A DNA stretch of 64,000 nt from the NCBI GenBank assembly GCA_947383005.1, contig CANDBT010000017.1, positions 6,705-70,704 on the forward strand, read 5' to 3'. Positions 1-9,760 of this stretch are shown here, piece by piece. The notes beneath the pieces are model-generated. The model did no database searches and was not told the DNA's origin. It saw nothing but the letters and a program-made list of their open reading frames with translations. The translations under genes were made by a program, and so were the position numbers. The first letter of the stretch is position 1; each line of letters opens with the position of its first letter. The stretch is from an uncultured bacterium. Lineage in GTDB: Bacteria; Bacillota; Clostridia; Lachnospirales; Lachnospiraceae.

Positions 1-1505
1 TTATTCGCTGGGAAGATTTTGGCTATCAGATAGCAGGAGATGCGATTCATGGAAAACAAGCGCTGCGGTATTTGGAAGCCGGACCGATTGATTTGGTTAT
101 TACCGATATGAAGATGCCAGTGATGGATGGACTGGGGCTGATTGAGGAAATTCATAAACAGGGATGGAATCCTAAAATTTTAGTACTTAGCGGGTATGAT
201 GATTTTAAGCTGGTTCGGGAAGCATTTCGGATGGGAGCTGTGGACTATTTGCTAAAATCGGATTTGACCTCCGGACTTTTGGAAAAGGTGTTGTTGAAAA
301 TGGAGGAAGCCGCAGGGGAAAAGTATTCTGGGGAAAGTGGCGACAAGGTGCGGGAAGAAGAGGCATTTTATAAGGGACAGGTGCTTGCGGATATGGCTAT
401 GGGCAGACGGCCTTTGGAGCTTTCTCTGTTTTCGGGAGAATATGTGGTGGTTCAATTTGAACTGGAAGATACGGTGCAGCATGTGGCGCGATTTTCTCAT
501 AATCTTGCCGAGGAGCTGGTGAAACCGGTTTTAAGCTTTGCCCGGCAGATACCGCGGGTGGCGGTAAGGTGTGTGTTGGGGAGCATTTCCCCGTCACGGT
601 ATTTGATGTTGTATAAGGTGGACGACGGGCGGGTTTATCAGGAGGGGATGGTTTCTACCTGTCGTCAGCTCTGCCGTGTATGGAAGAATTATATGAATTT
701 GCCGGTAGCTGCAGGAATCAGCGAAAAAGATACGCAGCCAGAGGCTTTTTGGGAGAAGATGGAGGAGGCCGGAGAACAGCTTCGCTTGCGCTATTTGAAG
801 GGAAAGGGACAACTTAGCTGTGCATGGGAAAAGAAACGGATCGGCTGCCGCCAGGTCAAAGAAATAGAAGGACGCTACCAGAAACTGCTGCAGGGATTGT
901 TTTTCAGCGACGAAATGATGGTGGAGGAGGAGAAAAACAGCCTGTTTGCCGAGCTTCATGAAAAGGGGATTTCTGAGGCTGTTCGTATCAGCCTGGGTTT
1001 GATCGGCGCACTGGCATGGAAGCTGGAAGAGAATCAGGATGATCTCAGGAATTTATTTTCCGATGAAATCGATTATTACGAAAAATTGGGGCGTTTTCTT
1101 GAAGTAAGGGAATTAGAACTTTGGCTGAATAATTATTTTCGTTGGATTTTAGATTATCAAAAACATAAGCCGGATCGATATCAAGAGGATTTGATGATCC
1201 GTGCCCGCCGGTTTATTCTTGATAATTATGTCAATCCGGAGCTGACGTTGGGAAGCGTGGCTGATTATGTGGGATTAAATGAAAAATATTTCAGTTCTAA
1301 ATTTACGAAAGAGGAGGGGATGACTTTCAGCAATTTTCTTACGGAGGTGCGCATACATAAAGCTAAAGAGCTGATGGATCAGACTAATTTAAAAATTTAT
1401 GAGGTCAGTCAGAGTGTAGGTTATAATAGCGTGGAGCATTTTACCCGGGTATTTAAAAAAATTTGTAAGGTGAGTCCGGGGAATTACCGAAAGCAGGAAG
1501 ACTGA
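1..1505 (+). CDS. Response regulator with CheY-like receiver and AraC/XylS HTH output (YesN type); 5' end lies outside the window
   Basis: The frame of ORF 72..1505 stays open back to base 3 (IRWEDFGYQIAGDAIHGKQALRYLEAGPIDLVITDMKMPVMDG = receiver domain). The C-terminus LTLGSVADYVGLNEKYFSSKF...VGYNSVEHFTRVFKK is a classical AraC double HTH. Confidence 0.85.
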   Translation, partial: IRWEDFGYQIAGDAIHGKQALRYLEAGPIDLVITDMKMPVMDGLGLIEEIHKQGWNPKILVLSGYDDFKLVREAFRMGAVDYLLKSDLTSGLLEKVLLKMEEAAGEKYSGESGDKVREEEAFYKGQVLADMAMGRRPLELSLFSGEYVVVQFELEDTVQHVARFSHNLAEELVKPVLSFARQIPRVAVRCVLGSISPSRYLMLYKVDDGRVYQEGMVSTCRQLCRVWKNYMNLPVAAGISEKDTQPEAFWEKMEEAGEQLRLRYLKGKGQLSCAWEKKRIGCRQVKEIEGRYQKLLQGLFFSDEMMVEEEKNSLFAELHEKGISEAVRISLGLIGALAWKLEENQDDLRNLFSDEIDYYEKLGRFLEVRELELWLNNYFRWILDYQKHKPDRYQEDLMIRARRFILDNYVNPELTLGSVADYVGLNEKYFSSKFTKEEGMTFSNFLTEVRIHKAKELMDQTNLKIYEVSQSVGYNSVEHFTRVFKKICKVSPGNYRKQED

Positions 1506-1524
1506 ACGTTACGGTTCAAGATGC

Positions 1525-1556
1525 ATTCGGCACTCGCTATTTCCGCAATGTAGTAC
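1525..1556. repeat. Half copy of palindromic repeat family Z (ATTCGGCACTCGCTATTTCCGCAATGTAGTAC)
   Basis: Near-identical to the right half of the 51156..51219 element. It lies directly after the stop codon of the regulator gene. Confidence 0.6.
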
Positions 1557-1708
1557 GTGTTTTTGCAGAGCCGGGCGGGAAGATGCTCCCGTAAAGGGGG
1601 AGGAATAGTAAGACCTGACGATATATCAAGAAATCCAACTTAAGTTCATAGAGATTTCCGGTTAAAAATGGTATTCTTTTTTTATCAAAAAAAGGGAGGC
1701 CATAACCG

Positions 1709-3097
1709 ATGAAAAAAAGAATTGCAGCATTAGGGTTAAGCGTAATGATGGCAGCAGGAACCATAGCAGGGTGTTCTTCAGGCGCACAGGAAGGTTCAAA
1801 CGGGACAACAGCCGGGCAGGAAGCTGCTGCGGGATCGCAGGATGGCGGCGGGCAGGAGGCGCCAGCGGCGCCGGCGGCATCCGAAGACTTGGAAGGGACG
1901 TTGGTGTTTGCCATTTGGGATAATAATTTGATGGATTATATCGATGCCAATGACATGGTAGGAAAATTCCAGGAAGTATATCCCAATGCGGATATTGAGG
2001 TGGAGAAAATCAAAGATGATTCCGAATACTGGAATGCGATGAAAATGAGGACATCGGCAAACCAGCTTCCGGATGTTATGTTCAACAAACCGTTTACGCT
2101 GTCCCGATTCAAAGATTATCTGTTGGATTTATCCGATCTTGAAGCAGCAAAAAACAACGAACTGGCGTCAGGGTATGCCATGGACGGAAAAATTTTAGGT
2201 ATACCGATGACTGCGGGTTATGAGTATGTGTTCTATTGGAAAGATATGTTTAAGGAAGCCGGAGTCGAAGTTCCTGATACCTGGGAGGAGTTAAAAGCCG
2301 CGGCTCAGACTCTTCAGGATTATTACGGAAAGGACAACCCGGATTTCATGGCTATCGCTTTGGGAGCCAAAGACGAATGGCCGGATTATCCATATATGGA
2401 GTTTATGCCTGCATTGGAAGGCGGAAACGGCCAGAACTGGAATGATATGGCCAAGACGGATGCCCCGTTTGCGGAAGGGACAGATATCCGCAAAGCATAT
2501 AATAAAGTAAATGATTTGTTTACTATGGATGTGTTTGGCAAAGATCCTTTGGGCATGGGCAATGACCAGGTGACGACTTTGTTTGCACAGAAACAGGCTG
2601 CCATCCTGGCTTTGGGAGACTGGGGATTGCAAAATATCCAAAACGGCACCGATGACTATTCGGAGCTGGGAACATTTTATCTGCCGGTTCGTGACAGTGA
2701 GTCCGATCCATTCCGTGTCATCGTTCAGGGAGATTCCTTTATGGGAGTTACTACCCACAGTGAGAATCCGGAGCTGGCAAAGGCATTTGTCGAGTGGTTT
2801 TATAGCGAAGCCTGGTATCCTGGTTATATCAATTATGTATCAAGCGCTTCTTCCATGAGCAACTTCCCTAAGGAGAAGGACCCGATTCTGGCAGAGGCAG
2901 ACGCTCTTCAGCCAGACATGGAATTGGTGATGTATGACGGCGGTGGGGATGATTTCCAGGCGATTCAAAATGACATTGCTTTCGACTATAAGAAACTGGG
3001 TTCTCAAATGTTCACAGACGGTTTTGACCTTTCAGCCGAACTCGACAGCTTAAATACGAAATGGGCCGAGGCAAGGACCAAGCTGGGAATTCAGTAA
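1709..3097 (+). CDS. ABC transporter extracellular solute-binding lipoprotein (carbohydrate, CUT1 type)
   Basis: Lipobox signal peptide MKKRIAALGLSVMMAAGTIAGC, a Gly/Ala/Gln-rich tether, then family-1 SBP-like sequence. Followed by two MalF/MalG-type permease genes. RBS GGGAGG. Confidence 0.85.
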   Translation: MKKRIAALGLSVMMAAGTIAGCSSGAQEGSNGTTAGQEAAAGSQDGGGQEAPAAPAASEDLEGTLVFAIWDNNLMDYIDANDMVGKFQEVYPNADIEVEKIKDDSEYWNAMKMRTSANQLPDVMFNKPFTLSRFKDYLLDLSDLEAAKNNELASGYAMDGKILGIPMTAGYEYVFYWKDMFKEAGVEVPDTWEELKAAAQTLQDYYGKDNPDFMAIALGAKDEWPDYPYMEFMPALEGGNGQNWNDMAKTDAPFAEGTDIRKAYNKVNDLFTMDVFGKDPLGMGNDQVTTLFAQKQAAILALGDWGLQNIQNGTDDYSELGTFYLPVRDSESDPFRVIVQGDSFMGVTTHSENPELAKAFVEWFYSEAWYPGYINYVSSASSMSNFPKEKDPILAEADALQPDMELVMYDGGGDDFQAIQNDIAFDYKKLGSQMFTDGFDLSAELDSLNTKWAEARTKLGIQ

Positions 3098-3131
3098 ACC
3101 ATCATACCTGCTTTGCAGATGCAGTTGTTCA

Positions 3132-3166
3132 GGCAGACAAGAAAATATCTTGTCTGCCGCCTTTTA
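3132..3166 (+). terminator. Hairpin (10-bp perfect stem GGCAGACAAG/CTTGTCTGCC) with weak T tract after the binding-protein gene
   Basis: Read directly: ggcagacaag-aaaatat-cttgtctgcc-gcctttta. Probably a partial intra-operon terminator or mRNA stabiliser. Confidence 0.5.
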
Positions 3167-3251
3167 TGCACAGGCCCGCGTATGGAAGTTTGCTGCTGAC
3201 GCAGCACGCGGGCCGCGCGGTGAGTAGGGAAGATTGGTTCTTCCCTACTCG
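3166..3251 (+). repeat. REP-like double-hairpin unit, family X, copy 1a
   Basis: ATGCACAGGCCCGCG...CGCGGGCCGCGCGG hairpin followed by an 11-bp perfect hairpin GAGTAGGGAAG/CTTCCCTACTC. Homologous units lie at 3252, 17598 and 38198. Confidence 0.8.
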
Positions 3252-3342
3252 ATTGCACAGGCCCGCACAGAGGAATATGCTGCTAAAGCGGCGTGCGGGC
3301 CGCGCGGTGAGTAGGGGAAGATTGGCTCTTCCCTACTCGATT
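3252..3342 (+). repeat. REP-like double-hairpin unit, family X, copy 1b (tandem with 1a)
   Basis: ATTGCACAGGCCCGCACAG...GTGCGGGCCGCGCGGTGAGTAGGGGAAGATTGGCTCTTCCCTACTCGATT. Same two-hairpin layout as copy 1a. Confidence 0.8.
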
Positions 3343-3385
3343 ACAATTTTAGGCAATTGTTGCAGGATTGCGGGAAGGGGAGACA

Positions 3386-4279
3386 ATGAAATCACTGGAA
3401 AAACAGAAACGAATTTTCATCTTTTTATCGCTGGTTATTCCCATGGCCCTGCTAGTCGGGTTTGTGGTGTTTCCGGCCTTTGATTTGTTCCGGATGAGCT
3501 TTACCGATTGGGATGGTTATTCGGCAACTTGGAATTTTATCCGTCTTGATAATTATATCTCAATGTTTCATAACGAAAATTTGTGGCAGTCTTTGAAAAA
3601 TAATGCCGTTTACTTTTTTGGGCATTTGCTGTTCATCCCTATAGAATTGATGTTTGCGGTTTTATTGACATCAAAACTCAGAGCGGCTAAATTTTATAAA
3701 ACCATGGTGTTTATGCCTTATATTATCAACGGGGTTGCCATATCTTACGCATTTTCTTATTTCTTTTCACCGATTAACGGTGCATTTGACGCGATATTGT
3801 CGGCAGTCCATCTGGAAGCGTTGATTCACAATTGGCTGTCGGACCCGAAACTGGTCAACTTTGTGCTGACGGCGGTTTCTCTTTGGCGGTTTTCCGGCTA
3901 TCATGTGATTTTATTTATGGCGGCGCTTCAATCCCTGCCTCAGGATGTGCAGGAGGCAGCTCAGGTAGACGGGGCAGACTCCTGGCAGTTATTCAAATAT
4001 ATTCAGATTCCGTCAATTATGCTGATGGTGGATTTTGTGCTGTTTGACAATATCCGCGGGGCGCTTCAGGTGTTTGATATTCCTTATGTCATGACTAGCG
4101 GCGGTCCCGGATATGCTTCTTCCACATTTACTCTTTATACGATTGATACGGCATTTAAATACAGCAATTTTGGCCTTGCGTCCACCATGGCCGTGGCGAT
4201 TATGGTAATGATTGTGGTTATTTACGTGGTGCAGGATAAGATTATACACGGATTAGTTTTAAGGAGGGATAAGGAATGA
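3386..4279 (+). CDS. ABC transporter permease (MalF/UgpA-like, CUT1)
   Basis: Multi-TM protein with the EAA-type loop AALQSLPQDVQEAAQVDGADSWQLFKYIQIP. The ATG at 3386 is preferred over the TTG at 3368 because GGAAGGGGAG lies 5 nt upstream. Confidence 0.85.
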   Translation: MKSLEKQKRIFIFLSLVIPMALLVGFVVFPAFDLFRMSFTDWDGYSATWNFIRLDNYISMFHNENLWQSLKNNAVYFFGHLLFIPIELMFAVLLTSKLRAAKFYKTMVFMPYIINGVAISYAFSYFFSPINGAFDAILSAVHLEALIHNWLSDPKLVNFVLTAVSLWRFSGYHVILFMAALQSLPQDVQEAAQVDGADSWQLFKYIQIPSIMLMVDFVLFDNIRGALQVFDIPYVMTSGGPGYASSTFTLYTIDTAFKYSNFGLASTMAVAIMVMIVVIYVVQDKIIHGLVLRRDKE

Positions 4280-5109
4280 AAAAGAGTACGTTGCTTCAGG
4301 CAGTCAAGCAGCTTGTTTGCATAGCTATGGTGCTGGTGGTGCTTGCTCCTATCCTTTTGACGTTGTTTGCCGCATTTAAGACCAAGGCAGATATGGTTAA
4401 TACTTCTCCTCTGCTTCTGCCGCCGTTTGGCCGGATTACCCTCGAGAATTTTCAGAAGGTGCTGGGGGACAAATATCTGATGGTCGGGTTTAAAAATACG
4501 GGAGCAATCCTGATTGTGAGTATTTTTTTCAATGTCATGTTCGGAACTATTACCGCTTTTATTTTGGAACGATTTGAATTTCGCTTAAAACCTGTGATTT
4601 TGGCTTTGTTTTTCCTGGGGATGCTGATTCCCAGCTTTGTAACGGAAATTGCGCGTTTTAAGATTATTAATGGCCTTGGGCTTTACAATACTCTGGGGGC
4701 GCCGATTGTGATTTACGTGGCTTCGGATTTGATGCAGCTTTATATTTACCGGCAGTTTATATCAACGATCCCCCGTTCTTTGGATGAGAGCGCTTTGCTG
4801 GATGGGTGCAGCTATTTTGGTTTGTTTGTGCGGATTATTCTGCCGCTTCTGGCGCCGGCCACGGCTACGGTAATTATTATTAAAGCGATTACCATTATTA
4901 ACGATATGTACATTCCTTATCTGTACATGCCTAAAAATAAACTGCGGACGCTGACTACGTTTTTAATGAATTTTGCTAATGCCCAGCAAGGGTCATGGCA
5001 AAAACTGGCTGCGGGAATTATTGTGATTATGCTGCCGACAATTGTGATTTATGTATTTTTCCAGAAATATATTCTGGCCGGGGTAGCAGCGGGAGCGGTA
5101 AAGGAATAA
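4276..5109 (+). CDS. ABC transporter permease (MalG/UgpE-like, CUT1)
   Basis: ATGA overlap with the upstream permease gene. EAA-type loop FISTIPRSLDESALLDGCSYFGLFVRIILP. Six predicted TM segments. Confidence 0.85.
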   Translation: MKKSTLLQAVKQLVCIAMVLVVLAPILLTLFAAFKTKADMVNTSPLLLPPFGRITLENFQKVLGDKYLMVGFKNTGAILIVSIFFNVMFGTITAFILERFEFRLKPVILALFFLGMLIPSFVTEIARFKIINGLGLYNTLGAPIVIYVASDLMQLYIYRQFISTIPRSLDESALLDGCSYFGLFVRIILPLLAPATATVIIIKAITIINDMYIPYLYMPKNKLRTLTTFLMNFANAQQGSWQKLAAGIIVIMLPTIVIYVFFQKYILAGVAAGAVKE

Positions 5110-5200
5110 AAAACTGTTACAAAAAACTAAAAATTGTCCAGGAGAAAACAGGCCAGGAACCGGGGAATCGGTTTTTGGCCTGTTCCTTTGCCAAACGTCA

Positions 5201-5229
5201 TTGCTATCCTTTTACAGTAGTGGTATAAT
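5201..5229 (+). promoter_or_regulatory. Sigma-A-type promoter TTGCTA-N17-TATAAT (TGg extended -10) for punA
   Basis: Hexamers and the 17-nt spacer were read directly. It lies 30 nt upstream of the punA start. Confidence 0.5.
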
Positions 5230-5258
5230 GGCAAAAAGATTTAGAGGGAGGGATTGCG

Positions 5259-6089
5259 ATGACTGCGGCTTATAAACGGTTACAGGAGATTTACGGAAGT
5301 TTACAGGAGAAGATTCATTTTCAGCCTAAGATAGCGCTTGTGCTTGGTTCAGGGCTGGGCGATTACGCAGAAAGCATTCGGACGGAAGCTGTTTTGGATT
5401 ATAAAGAGTTAAAGGGATTTCCGGTTTCTACCGTCAGCGGACATAAGGGGAGATTTGTATTTGGTTATGTGAAAGATGTTCCGGTAGTGATTATGCAGGG
5501 GCGGGTTCATTATTATGAAGGATACCCCATGGAAGATGTGGTGCTGCCGATTCGCCTGATGAAAATGATGGGGGCGCAGATTTTGTTTTTGACTAATGCT
5601 GCCGGTGGGATAAACGACCGGTTTAAGGCCGGTGATTTTATGATGATTACCGACCAGATTGCCAACTTTGTGCCATCGCCGCTTATCGGCCCGAATATTG
5701 AAGAATTGGGAGTACGATTCCCGGATATGAGTGAGATTTATGATAAGGAATTGTGCAGTATATTGAGGGGAGCAGCGAAGGATCTGGGGATTGGCCTGCA
5801 GGAGGGAACATATATACAGCTTAGCGGTCCGAACTACGAGTCGCCTCATGAGGTGCAGATGTGCAGGATTCTGGGCGCTGACGCAGTGGGGATGAGTACG
5901 GCCTGTGAGGCTGTTGCCGCCAACCATATGGGGATGAAGATTTGTGGCATTTCCTGTATTTCCAATATGGCCTGCGGGATAACCGGTCAGCCTTTGAGCC
6001 ATGAAGAGGTGAAAGAAACGGCAGATCGGGTGGCGCCTTGGTTTAAGAGCCTGATTACCGAAGGGATTGCGAGGATGGCTTGCCGATGA
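5259..6089 (+). CDS. punA: Purine nucleoside phosphorylase (trimeric PunA/PNP-I family)
   Basis: Motifs VLGSGLG, GHKGRFVFG, LTNAAGGIN, GPNYESPHE, GADAVGMSTACEAVAANHMG. RBS GAGGGAGGG. Confidence 0.88.
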   Translation: MTAAYKRLQEIYGSLQEKIHFQPKIALVLGSGLGDYAESIRTEAVLDYKELKGFPVSTVSGHKGRFVFGYVKDVPVVIMQGRVHYYEGYPMEDVVLPIRLMKMMGAQILFLTNAAGGINDRFKAGDFMMITDQIANFVPSPLIGPNIEELGVRFPDMSEIYDKELCSILRGAAKDLGIGLQEGTYIQLSGPNYESPHEVQMCRILGADAVGMSTACEAVAANHMGMKICGISCISNMACGITGQPLSHEEVKETADRVAPWFKSLITEGIARMACR

Positions 6090-6202
6090 GCGCGGCGGAA
6101 AACGGCTGGGGAATGCGGAATGCAGAGATGTGGATATGATTGGCCCGGAATGAATGGCAACGAATAATAACCGTTGATTTTTGGCAAAATGAACAGAAAT
6201 AT

Positions 6203-6243
6203 TAACCGTTCGGACAAGAAGCTCTCTGTCGTCTGAATGGTTA
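6203..6243. repeat. Hairpin repeat, family H (TAACCGTTCGGACAAGAAG...GTCGTCTGAATGGTTA)
   Basis: 12-bp stem (2 G-U pairs) with the CAAGAAG core shared with at least 9 other intergenic hairpins in this window. Confidence 0.55.
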
Positions 6244-6269
6244 GCGGAAGTAAATGCTAGGAGAAATGT

Positions 6270-7445
6270 ATGACCGATTTTTTAGTCAGGAAGTTTGTAA
6301 AAAACTATGAACAGACGGAAATACCCCAGGTGCGTACGGCTTATGGCCTGATGGCCAGTGTGGTGGGGATTTGCTGTAATCTGCTTTTGTTTTTGGCAAA
6401 GCTAACTACAGGGATGGCAGTAAGAAGTATTTCTGTTATGGCAGATGCCTTCAATAACCTGTCGGACGCCGCTTCCTCGATTATCGGCTTTGTCGGGGTA
6501 AAAATGGCACAAAAGCCGGCAGATGACCACCATCCTTTTGGTCATGGCCGTATTGAATATATTGCTGCGTTTATTGTGGCGTTTATTGTAATCGAGGTGG
6601 GATTCTCGCTGTTTAAGACTTCGGCGGGGAAGATCCTGCACCCGGAGGAGTTGTCTTTTAGTCTGCTGTCTTTGGGAATATTGCTCTTTTCCGTGGCGGT
6701 AAAGTTGTGGATGGCTTTGTTTAACCGTAAGCTGGGGCGGCGGATACATTCTTCTGTGATGGCGGCCACATCTGCGGATTCCCTGGGAGACGTAGCGGCT
6801 ACATCGGCTACGATTTTTTCCCTTGCAGTGTTTGGAATTTGGCAGATTAATATTGACGGTTTTGTCGGTTTGATCGTTTCGGTGCTGGTTATGGCTGCCG
6901 GGATCAGCATTGCCAAAGATACTTTGGAACCGCTGATCGGTGCGCCTATAGATCCGGAAATTTACCGGCGGATTACGGAATTTGTCAATCAATATGACGG
7001 GATTGTGGGCAGCCATGATTTGATCGTCCATAATTACGGGCCAAACCGCAGCATGGCTTCTATCCATGCGGAGGTGCCTTGCGATGTGGAGATTCAAACG
7101 TCTCATGAGATTGTGGACAGGATTGAGCGGGATGCCGCCAGGACTCTGGGGATTTTTCTGGTGATTCATATGGATCCGGTGGAAGTGAAAAATACCCGCA
7201 TACAAGAGATACAGCAGGCTGTGCAGGAGATCGTCCAGGGATTAGATCAGCGGCTGACCCTTCATGATTTCCGGGTGGTAGACGGAGAAAAGCGGATAAA
7301 CCTGATTTTTGATCTGGTAGTGCCGCGGGAATATACAAAATCTATGCAAAGTGCATTAAAACAGCAAATCTGCCAAAGACTAAAAGAGCAGGATGAACGC
7401 TATAATTGTGTGATAACAACAGAAGGGACATATTGCGGCTGGTAA
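6270..7445 (+). CDS. Cation diffusion facilitator (CDF) family metal efflux transporter
   Basis: Six N-terminal TM segments with NLSDAASS and HPFGHGRIEY motifs, followed by the cytoplasmic CDF C-terminal domain. Confidence 0.85.
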   Translation: MTDFLVRKFVKNYEQTEIPQVRTAYGLMASVVGICCNLLLFLAKLTTGMAVRSISVMADAFNNLSDAASSIIGFVGVKMAQKPADDHHPFGHGRIEYIAAFIVAFIVIEVGFSLFKTSAGKILHPEELSFSLLSLGILLFSVAVKLWMALFNRKLGRRIHSSVMAATSADSLGDVAATSATIFSLAVFGIWQINIDGFVGLIVSVLVMAAGISIAKDTLEPLIGAPIDPEIYRRITEFVNQYDGIVGSHDLIVHNYGPNRSMASIHAEVPCDVEIQTSHEIVDRIERDAARTLGIFLVIHMDPVEVKNTRIQEIQQAVQEIVQGLDQRLTLHDFRVVDGEKRINLIFDLVVPREYTKSMQSALKQQICQRLKEQDERYNCVITTEGTYCGW

Positions 7446-7523
7446 AATTTGGGTATAAAAATTTGCCAGAAGATGCAATAAGAACCGGGTCTGTTGCATT
7501 AAACTATCAGAAAGGGAATTCGG

Positions 7524-8048
7524 TTGAACGACGAGGGACTTTTAAAACGGGTTGGTATGGGAGATGCGGAAGCTTTTCAGCAGCTATACCAAAACACGGA
7601 TCGAACAGTTTACAGTTTTATATTGTCTATTCTTAAAAATCCCCAGGATGCAGAAGAAGTGATGCAGGAAACTTATTTGAAAATATGGACTTCTGCCGCG
7701 TCTTATCAATCGCAGGGAAAGCCTTTAGCGTGGATGTTTACCATTGCCCGGAATTTATGTTATATGAAATTCCGTGAGCAGAAAAAACAGGCGGATATTG
7801 GCCTGGATGACCTGGATGGGGAAGAAGCGGGGGAAATATGCCTTCCTCTGGAAAATTTGGCGGATGCCATGGTATTAAAAGCAGCTTTGGAAATCCTGAA
7901 AGAGGATGAACGCCAGATCGTACTGCTTCATGCGTCGGCCGGATTGAAACACAGGGAGATTGCCTCCAGCCTGCAGATACCATTGGCCACGGTATTGTCC
8001 AAGTACAACCGGGCGATCAAAAAAATGAAGCGGCATTTGAAGGATTGA
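7524..8048 (+). CDS. ECF-type RNA polymerase sigma-70 family factor
   Basis: 174 aa. Region 2 (AFQQLYQNTDRTVYSFILSILKNPQDAEEVMQETYLKIW...WMFTIARNLCY) and region 4 HTH (GLKHREIASSLQIPLATVLSKYNRAIKKMK). TTG start. Confidence 0.85.
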   Translation: MNDEGLLKRVGMGDAEAFQQLYQNTDRTVYSFILSILKNPQDAEEVMQETYLKIWTSAASYQSQGKPLAWMFTIARNLCYMKFREQKKQADIGLDDLDGEEAGEICLPLENLADAMVLKAALEILKEDERQIVLLHASAGLKHREIASSLQIPLATVLSKYNRAIKKMKRHLKD

Positions 8049-8114
8049 TCAGAATATATCCTTATATCCAAAAAGATAAAGAGAGCAAAAAAGATAAAGA
8101 AAGGAGTGAGCGAA

Positions 8115-9602
8115 ATGGAGCAAAAGGCAGATGGAATTCCATTTAGTACAAAGCAATTGGAAATGCACTTGAAGTCGGCTGTAGATACGCTTACCCCTGA
8201 TATTTATCATAAAATCGATCTTTCCCTGCCCCAGGAGGCGGTACTGAGGCAAGAGTCAGGTCAGGCTGTGCTTTTGCGGCTGCGTCGCCGCATGCGTGTT
8301 TTTGCCGCGGCCGCGGCGGCTTGTGTTTGCATAACGTTCATCGGAGGCGGGGCATTTCAATATCATTTGGCCAATAGACGGGTGGAGTCGATAATCGGAA
8401 TTGATGTGAATCCCAGTGTGGAGCTTTCGATTAACCGGAAGGAACGGGTGCTGGAAGCAAGGGGACTGAATGAAGATGCCCGGGCTATTATGGAAGACAT
8501 GGATTTAAAGGGCGTGGATTTGAATGTGGCAGTCAATGCCGTGGTAGGTTCGATGGTGACTCATGGCTATCTGGACAATTTGGATAATGCCATTTTAGTT
8601 ACGGTCAGCAATGACAGTGTACGTAAAGCCAGGGAGCTGCGAACCAGCGTGGTCGGCGATATCGAGCAGACCTTAAAGGAAAACCAGGTGGAAGCCGTGG
8701 TATATGACCAGCAAGTGATAGAGGACGAGCAGATGAAAGAGCTTGCTGCGGAGTATGATATTTCTTATGGTAAAGCTTATTTTTTGAAAGAGCTGATTGA
8801 CCAAAATAAAGGCTTGTCCATGGAAGATATGAAGGAGCTGTCTTCTTTGACCATGGAGGAGATTGTGCGGAAGATTGCGGAGGATTCTTATATCTTGGGC
8901 GAATTGGCTGACCGTGCAACGGAGACGACAGCACAGGAAACGCTTCCCCCGACGGAGACGGAGCCTTTTACGGATACCCAGCCGGTAAGCCAGGAGAATA
9001 CCCAGCCGGAGACGACGGCGGATACGCTGCCGGAAACGACAACCGAAACGGCTGTCCGGGAGCCGGAGACGACGGTTCCGGCAGAGACAGAGGAAGAAAG
9101 CCAGGATGAGCAGATAGAGATTGACTATGTGGATTATGATGACGGCCTGGTATATGTATATTTTGCGGGCAGCGTTAATTGGAAAAAGCCTTCGGTGATT
9201 GTCCGGGACGACGATGGCAATTCTTATGCCGCCATGATTGTCGATACATCCAGAAAGGATTGTGTTTTTGAGGTCGGCGGTTTGGAGGGCGGCAAAAGCT
9301 ATACCTTTGTGCTTGGCGGCCTGGCTCTGTCTGGCAGCAGCGAAAATGTGACCGTCAGAGGTTTTTTTGAGAAGCCGGAGATCGCGGAGGAACTTGAGGG
9401 CGATACGTCAGCCGACCCGGATGAGGATGAAGAGGAAACGGCCGCATCTTCAGGTACGGAAGATAAGGAACAGGAAAGTGAAAATTCCCAGGAAAGCGGT
9501 GAGGGGATGACGGAGACGCAAAAAGGGCAGGAGGCAAAGCCGACGGAGGAATTGTCGCAGGAGACAAAGCCGCAAGATGGGACAAAACTGCAGGAACAGT
9601 AA
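8115..9602 (+). CDS. Putative anti-sigma factor: single-pass membrane protein with extracytoplasmic domain, Thr/Glu/Pro-rich linker and acidic tail
   Basis: Begins 67 nt after the sigma gene. Has a short cytoplasmic N-terminus, one TM (VFAAAAAACVCITFIGGGAF), and the segment IGIDVNPSVELSINRKERVLEARGLNEDA typical of clostridial anti-sigma-domain proteins. ATG 8115 is preferred (AGGAG 8 nt upstream) over GTG 8106. Function is inferred from position and architecture only. Confidence 0.55.
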   Translation: MEQKADGIPFSTKQLEMHLKSAVDTLTPDIYHKIDLSLPQEAVLRQESGQAVLLRLRRRMRVFAAAAAACVCITFIGGGAFQYHLANRRVESIIGIDVNPSVELSINRKERVLEARGLNEDARAIMEDMDLKGVDLNVAVNAVVGSMVTHGYLDNLDNAILVTVSNDSVRKARELRTSVVGDIEQTLKENQVEAVVYDQQVIEDEQMKELAAEYDISYGKAYFLKELIDQNKGLSMEDMKELSSLTMEEIVRKIAEDSYILGELADRATETTAQETLPPTETEPFTDTQPVSQENTQPETTADTLPETTTETAVREPETTVPAETEEESQDEQIEIDYVDYDDGLVYVYFAGSVNWKKPSVIVRDDDGNSYAAMIVDTSRKDCVFEVGGLEGGKSYTFVLGGLALSGSSENVTVRGFFEKPEIAEELEGDTSADPDEDEEETAASSGTEDKEQESENSQESGEGMTETQKGQEAKPTEELSQETKPQDGTKLQEQ

Positions 9603-9700
9603 GGAGACGATTAAGGCTGAAGAGGCAGATGCGGATAGCTGCCCGGTTGGCTGATTTATTTTGCGCATAACATAGATGGGATTTTGCAGGTTTACGGAAT

Positions 9701-9760
9701 TAGTACTGTCTTGCGGAAATAGCGGGTGCCCAATTCACCGTTATTTCCGCAATGCAGTAT
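9701..9760. repeat. Palindromic repeat family Z, full copy
   Basis: TAGTACTGTCTTGCGGAAATAGCGGGTGCCCAATTCACCGTTATTTCCGCAATGCAGTAT. Inverted arms TTGCGGAAATA/TATTTCCGCAA. Confidence 0.65.

Noticed and set aside
3166-3342. Possible CRISPR-like array (two direct repeats).
   Set aside because: There are only two units, they are directly abutting with no spacers, each unit is about 88 bp with two hairpins, and no cas genes are present. This is REP-like, not CRISPR.
3061-3483. ORFs 3061..3483, 17526..17717 and 37982..38311, which share the peptide MHRPAYGSLLLTQ.
   Set aside because: The shared peptide is the translation of the family X hairpin repeat. They have no RBS, the flanking parts are unrelated, and they overlap real gene starts.
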